Source of the DNA: Auanema rhodensis
Taxonomy: Eukaryota > Animalia > Nematoda
Direction: 5' to 3'
NCBI GenBank assembly: GCA_964057225.1
Contig: OZ059899.1
Location: forward strand, 11,284,001-11,348,000
DNA: 64,000 nucleotides
Below are positions 54,762-64,000 of this stretch, piece after piece; position 1 is the stretch's first letter, and each line of letters starts with the position of its first letter. The position numbers and the translations under genes were made by a program. A model generated the notes under the pieces. It was given only the letters and a program-made list of their open reading frames with translations, searched no databases and was not told the origin of the DNA.

Positions 54762-56645
54762 TCATCGTCTTCTTCTTGGTGGTAGCCAATTTTGGTCCGA
54801 TGGGTCTTCTGGTTCTGTTTCTTCAGTAGAGTCATAGTTATCGTTACCATTTATGACTTTTATGATCTCAATATCGCTGTCGTCGTCCGTGTCATAAGTC
54901 GTTGTATTTGATCGCGTGTTTTGAGCGATTGTATGGTCCATTTTTCGTTCAAAAAGTTTGAGATTGTCTTTGTGTACGTCTTGAATTTTTCCAAATGGAT
55001 TCTTGAGTTGTACCATGTTTCCTTCAACGTTGATGACTTCAAATGGTCCATCATATGATTTGCGAAGCTTTTGACCTGGTTTATGCGCTTTAATTGCTAA
55101 CATAACTTGGTCTCCTTTTCGGATATCTCTTTCTTCTATTCGTTGTCGTCCATCATGTTTTCTCTTCGCGGTTTTTTGATGTTTTGCAAGATTTTCTTGA
55201 ATGATGGTTCTTCTTTCTCCTCTGATATATTCGGTATTCTCAATTTCTTCCAAGATCTCTGGTTGTAATGTCTCGGGGAATAATTCTTTGTCTAATCTCA
55301 TACGACTTTCTTTTCCAAATAATGCTATGCATGGAGAGATTCCTGTGGTTGTGTGTGTTATTGTATTTAACGCAAAAGTAATTTTTGGTAAATACATGTC
55401 CCAATCAGTTACGTCTTCGTTGAGATAGTGTGTTAATCCTTCTTCTAGCGTTCTGTGTAGTCTTTCGACTTGTCCATTGGAGTTTTTCTGATGAGGGAGT
55501 GTTGGCTCGTGTTTAATGCCAAGTTTTTCACACATTTCTTCAAATTTCTTTGATACAAAATTAGATCCACGATCGGTTATTAAACGATTTGGTGGTCCAA
55601 AAATATATACGAAATTCCTGAGGAATCTATCAATGATGACATCGGTGACAATTGTTGGTATAGCGATGGTTGTCGCCCATTTGGAGAATGAATCTTGTAT
55701 TGTTAGGACATAATTGTTGTTTCTTTTTGAAATAGGGAATGGTCCCATAATATCCATATGTATTCTCTCAAATGGTTTTGATGGTATTTCAAATTGACCC
55801 ATAGGCTGAACGGTCATAGCGTGAGGATCTTTCTTCCTTTGTGCGCATTTAACGCATTGTTTCACAAAAATTGCTATGTCCGTTTGCATATTTGTCCAGC
55901 AGAATCTTCGTAGTATGGCTTCTTTAGTTTTGTTAATTCCTTGATGTGCTCCAATTGCTGGGTCTTCGTGAAATTCTTCGATAATCTTGTTGATAAGTTC
56001 GCTTTCCCTTGGTAAAATCAAAGCTGGGTGTGGTCGTTTTCTGCTTGGTTTTGTGTATAACATGTTGTCAATAACACAATAACGATCATTAGAAAGCATG
56101 TTCTTTTTCGCTCTGTATTCTATTTCGGCGATAGTTCTCTTTATCCAAGGTGTATCCTCTTGAATTGCTCTAATGTCAGGTACATTAACGAAATTAATTT
56201 GAGCTTTCGGAATTTCTTTTGTTTTCTTTTTCTTTTCCGGTTTAGGATCATTTGCTTCATCTCCAATGTATCGTGAGAGAGCATCACAGACTTTGTTTAG
56301 TCTGCCTTCTCGGTATCTTATCTCGATATCGTATTCCTGTATGACTAATTGAAATTTTGCTAGTCTTCCAAAAAGGTCTCTACGAGTCAATAAGCTTGTT
56401 AATGGTCGATGGTCTGTGATACAGATTGTATGTGATCCAAGTATATATGTTCGAAACTGAGCTAAAGCGTATACGAGTCCTAACGCTTCTATTTCAATAG
56501 GAGCATAGTTACGTTCCGCTTTTACAAGTTTACGGCTTGCAAATGCAATTGGATGTAAGTTTTTGAGTGGTTCATTGGGATCTTCAGGTTGTAATAACAC
56601 TGCTCCCACTGCGATATTACTACCGTCACTTTCTATAATGAACAT
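54762..56645 (-). pseudogene. pol: Element D RNase H-integrase segment of pol
   Basis: Closely similar to element B RH-IN, including GPF. Cut off from RT by frameshifts. Confidence 0.92.
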
Positions 56646-59033
56646 ACGGTCTGATCTTGGTGGTTTTAAGACCGGTGCATCAATTTTCTTTTTAGTGTAT
56701 CAACAGCTTGTTGACTTTTGTCATTCCATTGAAATTTCACATCAAGTTTTGTATGGTCGTATAAAGAGCTTGCGATGTGTGCAAAATCTTTAATAAATTT
56801 CCGAAAGAATCCTACCATTCCCAAAAATGCTCTTACTCCTGTAGGTGACTTTGGAGCAGGATAGTCTTGAATGACGGAGACTTTCTGTGGATCTGGTTTG
56901 ACCCCATCTCTTCCGACAATTAAACCAAGAAATTTTACTTCAGGTCTTGCAAAAGCGCATTTCTTGAGTTTAATTTACATGCCTAATTTCTTTACTTCTC
57001 TGAGAATCTCAGCTATATCGTCAAGATGTTGTTCTGCAGTGTCTGATATAACAAGTAAATCATCCAAATAAACAAAGAGTCGGCATTTACATCGGCTTTG
57101 AAGGTATCGTACTGCTGTTTGAAAGGTATGTGACCACATAACCCCATAGGCATCCTTCTATATTGATAAGTACCGGTGTTTGTTGTAAATGCTGTTAATG
57201 GTCGATCTGATTTTTTTAATGCTATTTGGAAGAATCCGGATACTAAATCAAAGTTAGAAAAATATTGTGATCCGGCTGCCATATCGACAATGTCAGAGAT
57301 GTTAGGTATGATGTATGTTTGCTTGCGAGTGACGTTATTTAGAGCACGGAAATCGGTTACGAAACGGAATGTTTCATCTTTCTTTTCTAAAACTAAACTA
57401 AAACTACAGGACTATTGAAAAGAGATGTGGATGGTTCAATTATATTTTGCTTCAGCATCTCCTGTACCTGTCTTTCGACTTCTTCTTGTTTGCCTATAGG
57501 GATACGCGTTATACGCGGTCTAGGCATGTCCATATCTGTTCTTAGAGGTATTGAATGCTCTACAGGTCCTTTAAATAGTCCTATTTGTTTATCCTCATTT
57601 AAAAATGCATCTCTATTACGTAGAATACAAAGCTGAAGAAGATCTTTTTGTTCTTTAGTTAGGTCGGCGTCTTTTAAATCAAGATCGTTCATAAAGTCCT
57701 GAGGAAAATGAGGTAATTTATTTTCCCAATCCGCTTCGGGTGGTATATAGTCTGGATTGTGTTCGGTCGTAAAGATCTCGTATTGTGGCAGTACGCCTAT
57801 TTTTGCTTTGTCAATAATGTTTCCGGGTGATAGATCTATAGGATGATCAGTGTTGTTTTTGAATGTCATGGTAATTGAATTGACGTCTCGAAATGCTGTT
57901 TCGTAGGTGGTAGATATCGTCTTTTCTTCATCGGGTTGTAGCACGGCGACTTCTTTGTGTGATATGGGTTCAGCTAACCTTACTGGTATTCTACAGGTCT
58001 GATGAGGAAAGATACATTGTGGATTTAAATTTATCAAATTAATGACAAATGATGTTTTTCTAATATTCCCGTTATTTCCATTGGCTAACGGTACTACCCG
58101 GTTTCCGATTTCTAACGTTTGTTTGAATGGTCGAAGTTTCATACCGATATTTTTACGATCGAGTGTTTTCATAAAATCTAATCCAATTATTGCTGGTGAT
58201 GGACAGTCTTCATCTCTTGAAATGAAGAATGTATGATCTATTTCATATCCAGCAATTTCTACGGTTAAATCAATTGTTCCAAGAAATCGAAATGCTGATC
58301 CGTTTGCTGTCGTTGCAACTGATTTATCCTTTTTTACAAAATCATTCAAAGTTAAGTAATGTAATGTCGAGAGTCTGATATAACTAATCGATGATCCTGA
58401 ATCCCAAAGAGTTAGGATTAGTCTATCGTTAACAGTCATCAATAGCAGTGGTAGAGTTTGGTCTTTGCGATTGGAAACTGAACAAACTATGGGCATAGCT
58501 AGTGGAACTAAAGTGAGAAACGATGGATAGTACTGTTTCATTATATTCTTTGGTATTGGCTGATCAGGTTGACTTACTAGCTCTAATGTTTCTTCATATG
58601 TGGGAAGATCGTTGGTTTGATCTCGAAGTTCGATATGCATGACTTGCATGCCTATTGGTTTGAAGAAATATATTTTCGCAACGAAGGCTAGTACGATCAG
58701 TATAACTACAATAATTGTAATTGCTCCAATAGTGATGAGTGTTCGTTCAATCGTTCCTGCTATTGTATCGACAAAAGAATTCCATGTACTTTTGGTGAAT
58801 TCATTGGCTTTGGAGATGTAATCACTACTTTTCTTCAATATGCTGAATGCTGATGATATTTTTGGATCATGATGAATTGTGTGAAGCACGTGATTTTGAC
58901 GAATCGATGCTAAACTAGCACCATAAGCAATGGCTGTTGTCATTGAGTACACTCGAGATGATAAGTTGGTGTATAAGTGTGCTCCGGTGAATTTTGATGG
59001 CGTGATCTTTTCATGATGAAGTCCGTCCCACAT
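56646..59033 (-). pseudogene. pol: Element D env TM, protease and RT, with several indels
   Basis: LWDSGS protease. RT is broken near 57393, 57130, 56990 and 56700-56760. Confidence 0.9.
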
Positions 59034-59090
59034 GGATATGAGACTGACGTCTACAGTACCATTAATTCCTTTCCATTCACCGTCTGTTGA

Positions 59091-62000
59091 TCATACGTCT
59101 GTCGGTACGTGATCACAGTTAATTTCTTTACCATGAGGTAATAGGTCTTTCGATCCTGGTGCGGCAAACAGTAATTGTCCTTCTTGTGTTAATACTGGAG
59201 TTTCGAGATAACATGTGCCATTCACAGTGTGATTGTGATATATAGTCCTTTGTAATACTACCGGGCAAACATGTATATGTAATATCTCGCTGCCTACAAA
59301 TCTTGCGGCTATATCTTCTCTTCCCAGTATTGTACGCATAGCTATTGTTGGTTCAATTTGTAAAATTGATCTCCATAATTCAAGATACCTATTTTGGATC
59401 TCACATATTGATTCGTATGACTCTTTAAAATGTTTCTGCAGTTCTTCTTGAATCATAGTTGTAGCATATTGCAAATGATCTTGGGCAATTCTGCTTGTTA
59501 TGTTTTGGCGAAACTGTTGTTCGGAGTCAATTTTTGTGGCAATGTATTGAGCATTAGCCTGTACAGACTCTATATCGGTGGCTGTAGGCGTTGATGATGC
59601 TCTATGTTTGCGAATCAAAGATATTGGTGTATATGTTGTTTCTTCCATTATTGGAATTTGTTGATCTTGATGAACAGCGTAGAGAATAGTAGTTGGCGGC
59701 GCGCGGGTCGATATTGTTGCGCGCGCGGTTGTCGTTGCGGTTGTATGGCGCGCCGTTGTTTCGGGCTGGGCCATCGATGAAGGCGCGCGCGCGGTAGTTG
59801 CTGCGGCTGCCCGAGGGCTTGTAGATGTTTGCGGCAGTATTGCGGGATCTGTTGTGATCAGCGCCTCACGATCGATTATAGGGAGGGCTGCCATCTCGGC
59901 CGCGCCGCCTGCCGCGTTGCTTGGCGCACGCGTCGTGGTTTGCAACGATTTAAGTTGGATTTTCTCTGTCATTAATCTTTTTAACTGTTCTGATGATATT
60001 CTACTAGATGTATTAGGCAAAGTATTATCTTTTAGTAGTGGTAAAAATATTTCCAATAATAAGTCCTTAGAGATGTTGTTGGGCTCTATGAGCTTGGGAT
60101 GTGGTCCAATTGGTATTCCAAAATTATTCTTGATGTCATAGAACAATTTATCAGTATCAAGTACAAACATTCGTGAAGATGGAAGGTTTATAAATTTTAT
60201 GTCATTAATATCAGCTGCTGTTTTATTTCTTCTAAGCGTAACGAGAGTTTTTAGCTCATGTACAAGGTCAATTGTATCTTTTATAAATTTGCTGTTTCTT
60301 TCTTCTTGATCAGTTAATAATTGTTTCCTTATTGGTGGCATTTTTACGAATGCTTTTAATATTTCTTGTCTTGATGGAACTGTTAATTTGTCTTCAATTA
60401 TAACTGGTGTATTGGCTAAATCAAGAGCAATAGTTTCAGCACGCTCTCGATAAGTGCCTTCTTTTGTACGAATTAACCGATCAAATTCAATAACGGTCAA
60501 CCGATCTGATATTTGTTGAAGAAGTTGCCTGGATGTTAAATAAGATATTCCAGCTTTAGTAGCTAAAGCTAATTCTCTTTGAGCAACATATTGTAAAATG
60601 GCTTCGTCTTTATCACGGAAATCATATTGTTTGAGAAAATGTCTTGAAGATTTCTCATAAATTTGAATTTTAAAGAAAAATTCAAAATTTTCACGATGGG
60701 CTATTATCCATTCTTTCAAGGAATATGTAGGGTCTACCATACGTCTTCCTTTAATTAGAGGAATAATTTGTGTAATTCCTGGATTACTCATAAGTGGTCT
60801 TAAAAATGGATATGGGCAAATTCGAAGCGTGTACGTTTCAAAATCTTCAACATCATTTATTCTATCCTGATCGAATGGGAATGAGCATTTTGTAGAAGTT
60901 GCGCGTTTTGGTCTTTTGAACGGCAATTTCTTAAATTCTCGTTCAATTAGGAGTGTGATATTGTTATCATTAGGATATTTGGGGAATGTTATATAATTTC
61001 CTGATGTTGTATGGAATGCTGGTTGTCTAAAGCAGGATGCGATTGATTTTGGTGTTATTTTACTCGAAAGGATAAGCGCTGATTGTGCACTTGGAATCAA
61101 AATAGTTTCTTCGCTTATTATAGCATCGTAGTAATGCATATCGATATAATTACAACGGGAATCCGATGTTTGGGGATCCCATATAATTATTGATGTATTT
61201 GATTTGCAATTACCATGATGAGCACTACAACCTTCAGTGTTTAGTATTAAATTGGATAATATTGTATCATCGGGCATGCGGGTCATGACTCCGCGCTCTA
61301 GTACTAAACGCGGCCGCTCCTCGCACTCGTCGCGGCTAAACGCGCGCGCCGGATCATAGGAGGGCTCTGGGGTTGCTTGTGCTATACTATCGATTTTCTC
61401 CAGCTCCATGTTATTCCATTTGCGATCGCGAATCGCCTGCCTGCACTCGTGCGCCGCTATAGGCTGCACCCTATCGATTGTTCTGTTTGTGTCGCGGAGG
61501 AATAACAAATCGCGTACACACAGCTTGTGTACTTCCTTCGAGCAGCGCCACGCGTCCCACTCGTGTGCCGTGTGGTTTCGCGTGTATAGATGGATTTGTG
61601 TACGTAGCACATGATTTGTTTCTGTTAATTTACATTTCTTTACTACTGGTGGAACTAATAAGGCTCCTCCAGTTGCTTTTGTGCAAATTTGATATGAAGT
61701 TACACATGGCAGGAGAATTGCTACTGTGATTGCCATTACAACCGTTAGTGATAACGGTGAAAGGATCACAGAGTTAATTCGTGGTGTGCTTCTATCTCGT
61801 CCTCTTGATTGATCTCTTTGATTGTTAAAATGGACTCTTCTTTGTCCGTTATGTTCATTAGTCCTTCCTCTTCTATTATTGTTTGAAGGATTAAAATTGT
61901 TTGAATGCCAGTTGTTATTAAATTGTCCCGAATTTCGTTCATAATTATTGTTACGGCGATAATTAGCAAAAGAGCCGTTACGATTTTGGTTGTTATTATA

Positions 62001-63438
62001 TTTTGAAAAGTTTTTATTTTTCTGATAATTTTGATAATTATGATAATTTTTATTGTTTTGGTTATCACGTGGATAATTACGGTCGAAATTTCGGTTATCT
62101 CGTCTCTCGTTTGTGCGCGCGAAAGGAGCTAGTGCTTTGTTTACAGCATTGACTAGCATGGACTGCGTGTCTGTTGTCTGGTTCATTATCGATTCTTCCC
62201 AGCGAGCGGCCTCAATCGCATCCGTGAAGGATTTTGGCTTCGCTCGAATCACAGCTGGTTTCAGAGTATTTTTCAGTCCTCTGAGGAAAGTTGATCTTAA
62301 TATGTGATCTTTGTGAGGGTCATCCGTGGCAAAAGCGCTTAGTGCAATCGTTCTCAGTGATTGAGCGTATGCGTCAATTGTCAGATCCCCTTGGGTTGTG
62401 TTTTGGAGATTGATCAGCGCGGGGTCCTGATTATATTCAGGACAAAGCTTAGATGTTAAAGCTCTTAACAGGTCATTCCATGAACCGGTGGTTTTTAATT
62501 GTTCAGGTACTTGCCTGTACGCTTTTTCCGCTGCTTCGTTTTTAAGAAGCAAAGGTAGAAGGGCTAATCTCTCCGGGATTAACAGACCTACAGCGTTGGC
62601 AAATAGGTTGAATTTAGCCGTGAAATCTCGAAAGTTGCGACTGCCATCATAAGTTGGGTGATAACAAGGCTTGCGCTATGGTAGTTTTCCCTGCCCCAGG
62701 TAAACAAGGTTCAGTTGCCATATTACTTGTACGGGCAGATGGCATTTTTATCACTCTGCCTGTTGTTAATGAGTTCTCAGACACAGGGGTTGTGTGTACT
62801 GAGCGGCTGGGTTGGTTTGGTGCTTTTGAACTTCCTGTTGTTGTATTTGGTAAAATTGGGGTTGAAGTTTGGTTATCAGTAATAGCAAGATGTGTATGTT
62901 CGGGTGGTTGTATGGGAGATAAATTAATGTTTGGAACCGACGAGTATCTATTCGTGTGGCTGGTGTTCAAGTTTCGATCTTTTGGTGAACGATTGAAGAG
63001 ATCAGAAACTATGTTTTTAAAAGTTTGTAAACCGCCTGCACTAGTAGTGGCTACTGAAGGTGAAACTGTTGGTTCAGGGATGGACAGAGAGAGAGATGCG
63101 TCCGATTTGCTTGAGTTTTTATTTTTATTTTTCTTATTTTTATTTGAATTAGAGGAGCGTACCTTTTTAGCAGTAACTGGTGTTTGTTCTTCCACTATGA
63201 TGGATGTTTCTTCTCCTCCTGGTGGTACGTAATCCTCGTCGCTTAATCGTTCAGTAGGTGAATAAGTGCCTGCACGAGGAGTAAAGAATTTGTCGGTTTT
63301 GTGCTCGGCTTTCTGCTCGTCTTCGATTATAGCGATGCTCTGCGCGCGAGCTCGGCTTCTGGTGAGTGGAGCTGAGTCTCGCAGATCAAAATCAGTTCGT
63401 GTACTGAGAGGTACAGCTGATCGGAATCGCTTATCCAC
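59091..63438 (-). pseudogene. Element D gag plus complete gB-like env ectodomain, in frame (small frameshifting deletion near 62655; TGG>TGA at 59091)
   Basis: The 1153-aa ORF runs from capsid through a signal-like hydrophobic segment into a Cys-rich ectodomain. Confidence 0.9.
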
Positions 63439-64000
63439 TTTGGTAGCGCTCTTGGTTTGGAAAAACCTTGAGTGTTTAGTAACGTGGGGGATTTTGAGAC
63501 GTTAATGAGTGTTATGGATAAGGAATTTTGGAAAAGGGGTGAGAAAGCTGTGAGTAACTGGTTTGTATAGTCGGCGTTAAGGAATGAATCTAAGTTGTGG
63601 CCATCAACAGAGATCCGCCTACTACCGTATGAAAATTTGGACTTTGTTCGCTTTCCAATTTAATATTCTTAAATGTATATAATTCAACCAGTTTGTATAT
63701 GTTCAAAAATGTTCAGTGCTCACTTGATTGATGCCTGAGCAATCTCCTTAGTCCTTATTCCCATTTTTTTTTCTTTTTCTGACGATTCTGATCTTCTTGG
63801 ACTCACGAGTGATCGAAAATGCCACGAAAATGGACTTTGGTAAATGTTCAAAGGATTTTAGCGGTTTTCATAATGTACATTCGTAATAGCATTACTCTTT
63901 TAAGGAAGCAATTTGGAAAACGAATGAATACCGTAGTCCCGTCATGATCAGAAATCTAGTTTTAAAATTATGGCTAGGAATAGATGAAGATTACAATAAC

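Larger units (their letters stand above)
51847..64000 (-). mobile_element. Element D: Ty3/gypsy gag-env-pol element, tandem dimer sharing a central LTR, running off the window
   Basis: Homologous to B throughout. The central LTR is flanked by PPT and PBS. 51856-52891 duplicates 62965-64000 (offset 11109). Confidence 0.94.

Overview
Eukaryotic DNA, probably nematode. The backbone is a tandem array of ~665-bp units, each carrying one minus-strand tRNA-Ile(AAT) gene (42 full-length copies, 2 disrupted). Four LTR-retroelement insertions interrupt it, and all their junctions fall in or close to the tRNA gene. Element A (16890-21088, minus) is a non-autonomous LTR element with apparently identical LTRs, a 4-bp TSD, a tRNA-Gln PBS and orphan ORFs. 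Element B (28904-39463, plus) and element D (51847 to beyond 64000, minus, a partly deleted tandem dimer) are two diverged members of one Ty3/gypsy family. Element C (40154-48501, minus) is a BEL/Pao element with a phlebovirus-like env, inserted inside a tRNA gene. The B/D family is the most unusual part. It has a herpesvirus-gB-like (class III) envelope between gag and protease in one reading frame, and LTRs ending CG...CG rather than TG...CA. It also has an AUG-free ~250-codon Gag N-terminal extension, which implies non-AUG initiation, and a conserved ~660-nt leader RNA with many crossing long-range helices. All alignments and pairings were made by eye; no database searches or folding programs were run.
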